Below, in pieces: positions 53,422 through 62,233 of a stretch of DNA of 63,938 nucleotides; position 1 is the first letter of the stretch, and each line of letters opens with the position of its first letter. Position numbers and translations under genes: made by a program. The stretch is from Candidatus Peregrinibacteria bacterium. GTDB taxonomy: Bacteria > Patescibacteriota > Gracilibacteria > Peribacterales > Peribacteraceae. The notes under the pieces were generated by a model, which was given only the letters and a program-made list of their open reading frames with translations, made no database searches and was not told the DNA's origin. Where the stretch lies: positions 1 to 63,938 of the forward strand of contig JBAWYM010000002.1 in assembly GCA_037143575.1 (NCBI GenBank). The letters run 5' to 3'.

Positions 53422-53790
53422 ATGTTCACCCGCCACCTCTCCACCATCGCCGTCTTCATCACCCTCTTCGCGGTCCTTCCGTCCACATTCAGCATGACGA
53501 AGTCGCCGTACGACTGGGATACCGAGTGGCTCCAGCAGACGCATGGCGGATTTATCAAGACCTATCCGTACGATTCCTCGACGTTCTACCAAACCCTTCC
53601 ATCCAATGCCAAGAGCTTCGCGCTCCATCCCTACACTCGCAACACCTACTACCAGTACTATCACGATGTGCCTGCTCCTCCGGGCTACGAATCGCCGATG
53701 TCCAATCAGGATATCTCCAGCTGCAGCAACTATACCTTCAAGCGTGCGGCGATGGTGCCGCCGTTCGGGTACCGGTGCCAGGGGAAGTAG
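53422..53790 (+). CDS. hypothetical small secreted protein (Tyr/Pro-rich)
   Basis: The signal peptide is 'MFTRHLSTIAVFITLFAVLPSTFS'. Confidence 0.4.
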   Translation: MFTRHLSTIAVFITLFAVLPSTFSMTKSPYDWDTEWLQQTHGGFIKTYPYDSSTFYQTLPSNAKSFALHPYTRNTYYQYYHDVPAPPGYESPMSNQDISSCSNYTFKRAAMVPPFGYRCQGK

Positions 53791-53882
53791 TTTTTGGTTT
53801 CTAGTTATTAGTTATTAGTTTTTTCAATAATGAGCATTTTTTGCGTGAAACTAGCAACCAATAACCAATAACTAATAACTAG
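53791..53882. terminator. inverted heptamer arrays forming a hairpin between convergent genes
   Basis: 'ctagttattagttattag' (53801..53818) and 'ctaataactaataactag' (53865..53882) are exact reverse complements. T-runs lie in between. The right arm overlaps the last codons of galU. Confidence 0.55.
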
Positions 53883-54711
53883 TTTTCGGCACTTTGAATA
53901 GCTCCACCGCCTTCGCATACCCCTCCGGTGATCCGGTATCGATGCGGGTTCCCTCACATTCGCAGGCATAGATCGGCAGGGTCTTGATTTGCGAAATGAG
54001 CGCATCAATCAGGCGGATCTCGCCGTCTTTTCCACCTTCCACTTTTGGCAGGGCTTCGAATGTTGAACTTGGAATGAGGTAGCGGCCGACGATAGCGAGC
54101 GTGGACGGTGCATCTTTGGAATCCGGCTTCTCCACGAGTCCTTTCACTCTGTGGATGCGTTCATGTTCCGGAAGGGCTTCTCCAGGATCGACGATGCCAT
54201 AGCGACTGGTCATTGCGCGGGGGACATTCTCTACCGCGAGTACCGCACATTCTTTTTTGGGGAGCTTCTTCTGCGCGTCGATCAATTGTTGAATACCAGG
54301 GGCAGCGCCCGTAAAGAGGTCATCGCCGAAGAGGATGGCGACCATGTCGGACTTCACCCACGGTGCGGCCTGCAGAATCGCATGACCGTCCCCGAGCTGT
54401 TCCTCCTGATAGACCACGTGGAAGTGTGCGTCGCGGTATCGCTCGAGAGGCTTCAGAAGGTCTGCCTTCCCCCGTCGCTTCAGCTCCGCCTCCAGCGCGG
54501 GATCATCGTAGAAATACTGCGGAATCATTTCCTTGCCGTGGCTGATCACGAAGCAGATATCCGTGATGCCGGCATCCAGACATTCATCGACTACCGCAGC
54601 GATGATGGGGCGGGTGCCCAGCGGCAGGAGCTCTTTCGGCACGACTTTGGTCCACGGGAGGAAGCGTGTGCCGAGTCCGGCGACGGGGAGGATGGCTTGG
54701 GTGATAGGCAT
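53872..54711 (-). CDS. galU: UTP--glucose-1-phosphate uridylyltransferase
   Basis: 'AILPVAGLGTRFLPWTKVVPKELLPLG' is the GalU signature. Confidence 0.85.
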   Translation of the reverse strand: MPITQAILPVAGLGTRFLPWTKVVPKELLPLGTRPIIAAVVDECLDAGITDICFVISHGKEMIPQYFYDDPALEAELKRRGKADLLKPLERYRDAHFHVVYQEEQLGDGHAILQAAPWVKSDMVAILFGDDLFTGAAPGIQQLIDAQKKLPKKECAVLAVENVPRAMTSRYGIVDPGEALPEHERIHRVKGLVEKPDSKDAPSTLAIVGRYLIPSSTFEALPKVEGGKDGEIRLIDALISQIKTLPIYACECEGTRIDTGSPEGYAKAVELFKVPKTSY

Positions 54712-54825
54712 GGTTTTAAAAGTTGTAAGGGTTGTAAGGGTTGAAAAGGTTCTAAAGGACGAAAGGATTGGAAGAAAACATGTTTACAGCCCTTAGAACC
54801 TTCCGAACCTTTACAACCTCAGTCT
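54712..54825. repeat. 9-nt periodic arrays in the divergent galU / 54878 control region
   Basis: 'ggttttaaa agttgtaag ggttgtaag ggttgaaaa ggttctaaa ggacgaaag gattggaag' abuts the galU ATG. The inverted-sense array 'cccttagaa ccttccgaa cctttacaa' is at 54790..54816. Confidence 0.6.
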
Positions 54826-54877
54826 TGCACAGAAGACCGGAATCCGCTACAATGTCCAGATTTCTTCCCACACCCAC

Positions 54878-55156
54878 ATGACTGTCTCCACCTCCGCTCT
54901 CGCCAAGGTTCATGACCTCTATGCCATGCAAATCGAACTCTGGAAGAGATTGCGCGTCGGTAACTTTCAGAATCCCACGCGCCGCAAAGAGACGCAGAAG
55001 TGTCTGCGCAAATTCTCGCAGCTCCTCGGCGAAGTGGACTGGCGCTACATGGGTGGCGAGGATGTGCTCGAGGGATTGGAGGGGATGAAGAGTGAGGTCT
55101 CGGCGAGACTGAGGAATATTCGGCAGAGGAAAGTTGCGAAGAAAGGGAGGCGGTGA
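54878..55156 (+). CDS. hypothetical small basic protein
   Basis: The 92-aa ORF starts with ATG. I recognise no domain. Confidence 0.35.
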   Translation: MTVSTSALAKVHDLYAMQIELWKRLRVGNFQNPTRRKETQKCLRKFSQLLGEVDWRYMGGEDVLEGLEGMKSEVSARLRNIRQRKVAKKGRR

Positions 55157-55158
55157 TC

Positions 55159-55255
55159 GGAGGTTTGAAAGGTTGTAAGGGTTATAAAGGTTTCAAAGGT
55201 TCATTTTTCCAAAACCTTTACAACCCTTAGAACTTTTAGAACCTTTCAAACCTCC
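55159..55255. terminator. 97-nt imperfect palindrome of 9-nt repeats exactly filling the gap between convergent stops
   Basis: The perfect 15-bp outer stem is 'ggaggtttgaaaggt'/'acctttcaaacctcc'. The inner units are 'ggttgtaag ggttataaa ggtttcaaa'. Confidence 0.6.
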
Positions 55256-55735
55256 TCACCCTCCCTCCATAATCCTCACCACCTTCACCTTCTCTTCCTT
55301 GGGGACGATGATCTTGAGGATAGAGTCGCGGTTGAATGTGGCCTTCACTTTCTTGGGATCGATGATGCACGGGAGCGTAATGCTCCGCGAGAATTCTCCC
55401 CAGAAACACTCCTGCAAATAGTACTGATCCTTCGGAATCGCATCGGGCATCGGGCGCTTGCCGCGGATCGTCAGCACCTTCTCATCCACTTCGATATCGA
55501 GATCCGAGAGCTTCACCCCAGCCAGCGGTGCGCGGATAATGTAGTAGGAATCCTGCTCGTAAATATCCACGGCGATCTGCCCGACGGAGGGCATTTTGGG
55601 CGGCGGTAGCGGCGCCTCTTCGGCTTGCAGCTGCACAGAAGTCTGCTTGTTGCCAGAGAGCGGAGACGCAGCATCATCCCACGACGATCCCGCCCCGAAG
55701 GAGGAGAAGATGCCGTGGAAAGGAGATGGCGTCAT
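55256..55735 (-). CDS. Hsp20/alpha-crystallin small heat-shock protein
   Basis: 'AVDIYEQDSYYIIRAPLAGVKLSDLDIEVDEKVLTIRGKR...FSRSITLP...ATFNRDSILKIIVPK'. I chose the start at ATG 55735, because the longer ORF would overlap the kinase gene. Confidence 0.8.
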   Translation of the reverse strand: MTPSPFHGIFSSFGAGSSWDDAASPLSGNKQTSVQLQAEEAPLPPPKMPSVGQIAVDIYEQDSYYIIRAPLAGVKLSDLDIEVDEKVLTIRGKRPMPDAIPKDQYYLQECFWGEFSRSITLPCIIDPKKVKATFNRDSILKIIVPKEEKVKVVRIMEGG

Positions 55736-55835
55736 TTCATCGAATCCTACAGAAGGTCTAGCGTAAGAGGCAAAGTTGATCGGTGGCGTTCCTGGAGAGA
55801 TGTGATGCAATGACAAGGGAATACGAAAAAGCTTT

Positions 55836-56987
55836 TCAGTAAGAATGTTTGGGCAAACGGGCCACAGATAAGTGAGTATCGGTTGAATCGATGGGCTCCT
55901 CCGGAAGGGGGAGAGTGAATCGGAAGATGCTCCCTCTGTCTGGTGCAGCATCTACCCATATTGTTCCATCGAGTTTTTCCACCAATCTTTTGGTACTTGC
56001 GAGCCCTAAGCCGGTGCCATCAACTTTTTGTGTAACTTTCAGACGATGGAATGGTTGGAATATCTCTTCTCGATGTTCTTCAGATATTCCCACGCCGTTA
56101 TCCTCGACGGAGAATTGGCATAGATCTTGGCCATCTTCTTTGATCATTGCGCATGAGATCGATACTATTGGGTTCATTCCGGGATGATGATATTTAATGG
56201 CATTGCTGATGAGGTTTTGGAATATTCGGACAAGGGCACCAAAATTCCCCAAGACATTTGGGAGATTTTTTTCGATTTTGACCGTTGCGCTGGCCCCACT
56301 GATATGCATGGAAATTTGGCTTTGAGCAGCTGTAGCTGCTTCATATGCAGCAACTGAGGTCACAAGGGTTTCGGTGCTTCCGACATGTGCCAACAATTTC
56401 AATGTATCGATCATGTGCACAAAAAGTTGTGATTGCCGGACGAGAATTTCGACAATCTCTTGGAGATCCGCTGTCGTTCTTTCCGGAAGTTCAGCAAATT
56501 CTAATTGCAATAGGCTTAAAGCACCCAGCACACCGGTAAGAGGCGACTTGAGATCATGCGCAAGATTGCTGAGATCGTGCCTCATATCCTCGATGTGTTT
56601 TTTCTGAGTATCAATTTTCTTTTGTAGTTCTGTGATCTGCCGCCTAGGTTCGAGAACCTCTACAGGGTTTTCTGTGCTTTGGAGATGTATATCTTGAGCC
56701 ACTGTATCTTCACGCCCCGTCTGTTGTGCGAGCGAAGAAAGTACAATACTTGTCCCATTCGATTGCCCTGATGATGCAAGAGAATTGCAGGGAGAAGCGA
56801 TGCCTCCGTTGGTCATAGAGGCTCCGCTCCCATTCGTCCCCAGAATCCCTTGTGCCGCACCAGTGACGGCAAGGAGAGTTCGTATGATGTTCGGATCTTG
56901 CGCCGCATTATTCCCCAGTATATTTGGGGCTACTGCATTTTGAGCAAGAAGCGTGACTTCTGCCTTCTCTTTAGGAAATTCTCGCAT
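55836..56987 (-). CDS. sensor histidine kinase without obvious TM segments
   Basis: The motifs are H-box 'HDLKSPLTG', N-box 'NLISNAIKY', G1 'DNGVGI' and G2 'GTGLGL'. I chose ATG 56987. The track start is TTG at 56996. Confidence 0.8.
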   Translation of the reverse strand: MREFPKEKAEVTLLAQNAVAPNILGNNAAQDPNIIRTLLAVTGAAQGILGTNGSGASMTNGGIASPCNSLASSGQSNGTSIVLSSLAQQTGREDTVAQDIHLQSTENPVEVLEPRRQITELQKKIDTQKKHIEDMRHDLSNLAHDLKSPLTGVLGALSLLQLEFAELPERTTADLQEIVEILVRQSQLFVHMIDTLKLLAHVGSTETLVTSVAAYEAATAAQSQISMHISGASATVKIEKNLPNVLGNFGALVRIFQNLISNAIKYHHPGMNPIVSISCAMIKEDGQDLCQFSVEDNGVGISEEHREEIFQPFHRLKVTQKVDGTGLGLASTKRLVEKLDGTIWVDAAPDRGSIFRFTLPLPEEPIDSTDTHLSVARLPKHSY

Positions 56988-57168
56988 AATTGTCAAAAAA
57001 ATTAGTATTTTACTATAGTATTCTTCATCAAGAAACGCAATACCTATTCCCCATTTTTGACATCAACTGCATGACGTAGGAGATGACCAAGCTGTGATAC
57101 GTCATACCCGATACAGGAGTTCCTTCGCAATACTTTCCCCGCGATTCTTCCGCAGCTATTCTGCGCTT

Positions 57169-57954
57169 ATGACAACACTCTCCGCGCTCCTCCTCGGTCT
57201 TCTCCAAGGATTCACCGAGCTCTTCCCGATCTCCAGCTCCGGCCACCTCGCGATCGCACAGAGCCTCTTTGGATTGGGAATCCCGGCAAACCTCCTCGCC
57301 TTCGATGTCGTCCTTCATGCCGGCTCGCTTGCGGCGCTCGTCGTCTGCTACTTCCGCATCTGGTGGAGCATTGCGCTCTCCCCCTTTCGGAAGGATGCGC
57401 AGAACATTCGCCTGCTCATTCTCCTGATTATTGCGACGATCCCCGGCGCCGTCGTCGGATTTTTCTTCCAGGATTTCATCGAGCACGTTGCATCGTCGCG
57501 AATGTTTATCGCGGTTTCGTTCGCGATCACTGGCGTCATTCTCCTTCTTGCTGAGCGATTGCCACAGCGTCGTGAACGATCGAGCATCGGCACGTTGGAT
57601 GCTGTTGCCATCGGCATTGCCCAGGCGTGTGCACTCGTCCCCGGCCTTTCCCGCTCCGGCCTCACTATCGCCGCGGGTCGCGCTTCGCATCTCACTCGTC
57701 GTGCAGCCGTAGACTTCTCCTTCCTCATGGCTGTGCCGATCATCGCCGGTGCGGTGCTTCTCACGTTCCGTCATGTGCTCAATGGCACAGCACAACTCCC
57801 GCCGCTCCCCATTACTCTCACCGGTTTCTGCGCTTCCTTCGTGGCAAGTTTACTCGCTATTCTCTTCATACTACGGTTCGTGCGCTCCCACAGTCTGGCG
57901 TGGTTCGCACTCTGGCTCTTCCCGCTTTCCCTTGTCCTTCTCCTCATGAAATAA
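57169..57954 (+). CDS. uppP: undecaprenyl-diphosphate phosphatase
   Basis: It has 'LLQGFTELFPISSSGHL' and 'PGLSRSG'. I chose the start at ATG 57169. Confidence 0.9.
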   Translation: MTTLSALLLGLLQGFTELFPISSSGHLAIAQSLFGLGIPANLLAFDVVLHAGSLAALVVCYFRIWWSIALSPFRKDAQNIRLLILLIIATIPGAVVGFFFQDFIEHVASSRMFIAVSFAITGVILLLAERLPQRRERSSIGTLDAVAIGIAQACALVPGLSRSGLTIAAGRASHLTRRAAVDFSFLMAVPIIAGAVLLTFRHVLNGTAQLPPLPITLTGFCASFVASLLAILFILRFVRSHSLAWFALWLFPLSLVLLLMK

Positions 57955-58054
57955 ATTTTGGAATGTTCATCAAGATGAACATCTCCGAAAAACTGGGCTT
58001 GATCTTCTGTGGCGAGCCCGTAGAATTGGCTCCGCTTTCCGCTCCTCCCCTCCA

Positions 58055-58279
58055 ATGACTACCATCGCCCTCAAAAATTGCATCCGCCGACTTCGTTTCG
58101 AGAAGAGTATGACGCAGGAAGAACTGGCCCTGCGCACCGGAGTGAGCCGCCAGACCATCATGTCCATCGAGCGCGGGCAGACCAATCCCTCCGTGCTCCT
58201 CGCCTTCAAAATCGCTTCTGCTCTCTCTATGCCCGTCGTTGAGGTTTTTCAAATGGAAGGGGTGCTGGCACCAGTATAG
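58055..58279 (+). CDS. XRE-family HTH transcriptional regulator
   Basis: 'MTQEELALRTGVSRQTIMSIERGQTNPSVLLAFKIASAL' is the XRE-type HTH. Confidence 0.75.
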   Translation: MTTIALKNCIRRLRFEKSMTQEELALRTGVSRQTIMSIERGQTNPSVLLAFKIASALSMPVVEVFQMEGVLAPV

Positions 58280-58330
58280 TTTCTGGTTGTTCGTTTCTGA
58301 CTTCTCGTGGTCTGTTTCGTTGTTCTTTGG
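58279..58330 (+). repeat. degenerate heptamer array after the XRE gene stop
   Basis: 'gtttctg gttgttc gtttctg acttctc gtggtct gtttcgt tgttctt'. Confidence 0.5.
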
Positions 58331-58557
58331 ACAATCGAAGCATCACGAAAGGCAAAAGGTTCTCTATGTATTGCCCTATTTTCTTTTTACCTTATTGCCT
58401 TAAGTCCGTGGGGCTGCCCAGAAATCTTGGAGACAGAACACTAGTTTTTTTGGCGTCTCGGAATTTTTAACGGTTTATCCGTACTCCTTTCCCACTGCCT
58501 AACAGCATCTCGCCTGTAAAAATTCCATCATCCTATCAACCGAAATGCGCAGCCGTA

Positions 58558-58917
58558 TCACTCCCACGCCAGTTCTTGGATATGCCCCACCACTTTTCCG
58601 TCCGCCACACTCACGACATCGATGCGATATCCTCCTTCGAATGCATGATCTGCAACCCATCGTCTCGCGGCTCGCCTGAGCGCCTTGGTTTTGCGGTAAT
58701 CAATGTTCATCTCCGGTCGGAAATATTCATCTGAACGTGATCGTGTTTTAACTTCGACGAATACCAGAACACGGTCCTCCGGATCGAAGGCGAGGATATC
58801 GATTTCATCATGGGTTCCTATCCGGATATTGCGGCCGCGGAGAAGGAATCCCAGACCCTGGAGATACTGGCAGGCGAGGTCTTCGCCGAGACGGCCGAGG
58901 TCGGTGTTTCGGGACAT
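58558..58917 (-). CDS. yraN: YraN-family (UPF0102) endonuclease-like protein
   Basis: It has 'GEDLACQYLQGLGFLLRGRNIRIGTHDEIDILAFD...LVFVEVKTR'. I chose the start at ATG 58917, because the longer ORF translates hairpin repeats. Confidence 0.75.
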   Translation of the reverse strand: MSRNTDLGRLGEDLACQYLQGLGFLLRGRNIRIGTHDEIDILAFDPEDRVLVFVEVKTRSRSDEYFRPEMNIDYRKTKALRRAARRWVADHAFEGGYRIDVVSVADGKVVGHIQELAWE

Positions 58918-59133
58918 AGGATACTGAGGGAAATCATGAACATCTACGAGCATGTCATGGTGAGCCCTGTCGCACCATGACATGCGAGTCATCCCTCGAC
59001 AGGGCTCGGGATGACAAGGATTTTTCCATTCTAGAAGAGCCTCAAACATGCGAAAGGTGTACGATTGTCCATTTGACTTTCCTATACTAAAAGGGGTGTA
59101 CTATCGTACACTCTCCTCATCCTCCCCACCCCC

Positions 59134-60633
59134 ATGCTCACACAGCTCACTTCCTTTGCTACCGTCGGACTCCAGAGCGAGAAGATCACCGTCGAGGTCG
59201 GCTGCGGCCCCGGCGAGGGCAAGATCTTCATCGTTGGGTTGGGTGATACTGCCGTACAAGAAAGTAAGCAGCGAGTGGTGCTCGCTTTACGTTCCAACGG
59301 CTACCGCGTCTCCACCGGCAGGACTACCACCATCAATCTGGCGCCGGCGGATCTGCGCAAGGCCGGCCCGCGCTACGATTTGGCGATCGCGCTCGGTGTC
59401 CTCTTCGTCAGCGGAGCCGTGACCGTCGACGAACACATTCTCAAGACGACGGCGTTCCTCGGAGAGCTCTCACTCGACGGGAGTCTACGGCACGTCACCG
59501 GCGTGCTTTCTGCTGCGATCGCGTGCAAGAACCATGGCATCACGTCGCTCGTGGTCCCGTCCGTGAATGCGCCGGAAGCTGCGCTCATTCCGGGCATTCG
59601 CGTGATCTCCGCGGATCACATTCAGGAGGTTATCGAGATTCTCCTCGGGGACCGGGAAGTACCTCCTGTTCCGGTGGCTGCGTGTGCGGCAGAAGATCCT
59701 CTGCGGGACCTCACGGACTTCTCGGATGTTCGCGGGCAGGAGCAGGCCAAGAGAGCACTAGAAATCGCGGCTGCCGGAGGGCACAATGTCTTACTTTGCG
59801 GAGCGCCGGGGTCCGGCAAAACACTGCTGGCGCGAGCTTTTCGTGGGATCCTTCCCCCCCTGACTCAGGAGGAATCCATCGAGGTCACTCAAGTCTATTC
59901 CGTCGCCAATCTTCTGCCGGAAGACACGCCGCTGATCACCCGTCGGCCGTTTCGGGTCGTTCATCATACGGCGAGTGGTGTGTCCATCGTCGGCGGCGGG
60001 CAGACGCCCGGCCCCGGAGAGATCAGCCTCGCGCACAAGGGCGTCCTCTTCCTCGATGAGCTCGCGGAGTTTCCGGCGCAGGTTCTGGAAGTGCTACGGC
60101 AGCCTCTGGAAGACCGGCACATTACGATCACCAGAGCACAGGGATCCGTCACCTTCCCCGCGGACTTCACGATGATCGCCGCGATGAATCCGCCGAAGTA
60201 TTCCGCCGGCAGTGCCGAGCGGATCCATCGACGGATCTCCGCTCCCCTGCTCGATCGCATCGATCTCAAAGTGAGTGTGCAGGCGGTGCCGCTGGAGGAT
60301 CTGCAGCGGCCGGCTGGGAAAAGCGGAGAAACCTCTTCGGCGATTCTCACCCGCGTGCTCTCGGCGAGGAAGAAGCAGGAGCAGAGATTTTCTGCGCTGC
60401 CGATTCTCACCAATACGCAGATGGGAGTAAAGGAAATCGATACGCTCTGTCCGCTCAATGATGCGGCCCAGAAGATTCTCCTGCAGGCGGTCAATCGTTT
60501 GGGGCTCACGGCCCGCAGCTACCATCGGACGATCAAGGTGGCGCGGACGATTGCGGATCTGGAAGGGTCAGAAGGGATTGAGGTGGGCCATATCGCGGAG
60601 GCGCTGCAGTATCGGCAGAGTATTGATGAATAG
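59134..60633 (+). CDS. comM: Mg-chelatase-like AAA+ protein YifB/ComM
   Basis: It has an N-terminal Lon-like domain, the Walker A 'GAPGSGKTLLA', 'GVLFLDELAEF', and a C-terminal ChlI domain. Confidence 0.9.
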   Translation: MLTQLTSFATVGLQSEKITVEVGCGPGEGKIFIVGLGDTAVQESKQRVVLALRSNGYRVSTGRTTTINLAPADLRKAGPRYDLAIALGVLFVSGAVTVDEHILKTTAFLGELSLDGSLRHVTGVLSAAIACKNHGITSLVVPSVNAPEAALIPGIRVISADHIQEVIEILLGDREVPPVPVAACAAEDPLRDLTDFSDVRGQEQAKRALEIAAAGGHNVLLCGAPGSGKTLLARAFRGILPPLTQEESIEVTQVYSVANLLPEDTPLITRRPFRVVHHTASGVSIVGGGQTPGPGEISLAHKGVLFLDELAEFPAQVLEVLRQPLEDRHITITRAQGSVTFPADFTMIAAMNPPKYSAGSAERIHRRISAPLLDRIDLKVSVQAVPLEDLQRPAGKSGETSSAILTRVLSARKKQEQRFSALPILTNTQMGVKEIDTLCPLNDAAQKILLQAVNRLGLTARSYHRTIKVARTIADLEGSEGIEVGHIAEALQYRQSIDE

Positions 60634-60635
60634 GT

Positions 60636-61211
60636 ATGGCACAGCGTCATTACGAACAGCACGGCACGTTTCACATCACGACGAATGCGAAGGGGAGAAT
60701 TCCGTGGTGTACGTTGCCGGGAGTTCCGGAGATAGTGATCGATAATTTGGTGATGACGAAGAATTTGTATAGGGCGGAGGTGTTTGCGTTCTGCATATTG
60801 CCGGATCATGTGCATATTGTGATGAGGCCGGGGGAGAAGGGGGTGAGTGCGTTCATGCATTCGTTCAAGCGGAACAGTTCGAGAGATGTTCATGCTTTGA
60901 TCGGGGCCCGTCACCGTAGCTGGGGTTCGCGAACCCCAGCTACGGTGACGGATGGCGAACATCATTTGAGAGTTGTTCATGAACCCCACCTGCGGAACGG
61001 GCGGGATTCCACATTTCATTGTGATCAAATCCGTTGGCAAAACGGCTTCCACGACGAACACATCCGCGACGCCACCCAACGTTCCGCTGCCCTCACCTAC
61101 GTCCAATACAACGCCTGGCGCCACGGTCTCTGTGCCGATCCGGAGGGCTGGCCGTGGTCATCGTTGCGATATGCTCACCTGATGGACCCACTGGAAATCT
61201 GGTTCGATTGA
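60636..61211 (+). mobile_element. rayT: REP-associated tyrosine transposase (RayT / IS200-like Y1 HUH enzyme) gene
   Basis: It has 'FHITTN', the HUH motif 'PDHVHIV', and the C-terminal 'YVQYNAWRHGL...WPWSS'. About 40 extra residues between HUH and Tyr are encoded by REP-like DNA. Confidence 0.7.
60911..60948. repeat. 38-nt perfect REP-like palindrome (GTAG/CTAC) inside the rayT ORF
   Basis: 'tcaccgtagctggggttcg|cgaaccccagctacggtga'. It differs from the hppA terminator palindrome at stem positions that are changed on both arms. Confidence 0.8.
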
Positions 61212-61286
61212 GAAAATCACGTATATACTTCTCCCGAGGATAACCTTTCAGGCCTTTCTAACCTCTCTGTCTTCTCCAACCTCTCT

Positions 61287-62123
61287 ATGCACTTCGCAGA
61301 TTCCCTCATCAAGAAGATCGCATCCATCTCCCCGATCTGTGTCGGGCTCGATCCCAATATTTCCAAACTTCCCGAAGGAATCTCCCATGATGCAGCCGGC
61401 GTGCTCGCCTTCGGCAAGGGCATCATCGATGCTGTCAAAGATCTTGCTTCGTGCGTAAAGCCGCAGATGGCGTACTACGAAGTTCTTGGCTGGGAAGGCA
61501 TGAAGGTCTTTTTCGAGACGTGTGCGTATGCCAAGTCCCAAGGACTCCTCGTGATCGCCGACGGCAAACGCAATGACATCGGCCCGACCTGCGAAGCCTA
61601 CGCCGATGCGTACCTCTCCAAAGACAGTCCCATCGATGCGCTCACCGTTTCGCCGTACCTCGGTTCCGACGGCATCAAGCCCTTCATCGACCGCTGTCAG
61701 AAGAATGAGAAAGGCATCTTCGTCCTCGTGAAGACGAGCAATCCCAGTTCCGGGGAATTGCAGGATTTACCGATCGGCGATGAAGCTGTCCACGAACACA
61801 TGGCACAGCTGGTGCAGAGCTGGGGCGGGGAATGTCTCGGTCCGAATTCGCATTATTCATCGGTGGGCGCGGTCGTCGGTGCGACGTATCCGGAGGAGCT
61901 CAAATATGCACGGAGTCTGATGCCCAATGCCATCATCCTCATCCCCGGCTACGGCGCGCAGGGCGGCACGGCGACGGATATCGTCCCCGGCTTCGTCAAC
62001 GGTACCGGTGCCATCGTCAATTCCTCGCGGGCCATCATCTTCGCTTCCAAAGACAAAGATTGGCAGGAAGCGGCGCGGAAGGCGGCGGAGACGATGAAGG
62101 AGGAGATTGGGGCGGTGTTGTGA
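61287..62123 (+). CDS. pyrF: orotidine-5'-phosphate decarboxylase (long type 2)
   Basis: It has 'ICVGLDPN', 'DGKRNDIGPT' and 'PGYGAQGG'. Confidence 0.85.
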   Translation: MHFADSLIKKIASISPICVGLDPNISKLPEGISHDAAGVLAFGKGIIDAVKDLASCVKPQMAYYEVLGWEGMKVFFETCAYAKSQGLLVIADGKRNDIGPTCEAYADAYLSKDSPIDALTVSPYLGSDGIKPFIDRCQKNEKGIFVLVKTSNPSSGELQDLPIGDEAVHEHMAQLVQSWGGECLGPNSHYSSVGAVVGATYPEELKYARSLMPNAIILIPGYGAQGGTATDIVPGFVNGTGAIVNSSRAIIFASKDKDWQEAARKAAETMKEEIGAVL

Positions 62124-62233
62124 TACGGCTTCGCAATTGAGTGGATACGTTGGTTGATCCATTTTGTTATTGCTGTGGCGGTTTGCTACGCCGGCATTCA
62201 TATCGTTTCTTATGCAATATGGTATGAGATCGG

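Noticed and set aside
53791-53882. Regularly spaced short repeats, which I considered as a possible CRISPR array
   Set aside because: The units are 7 nt, contiguous and degenerate, with no 25-40-nt spacers and no cas genes. They are tandem heptamers forming a hairpin, not a CRISPR.
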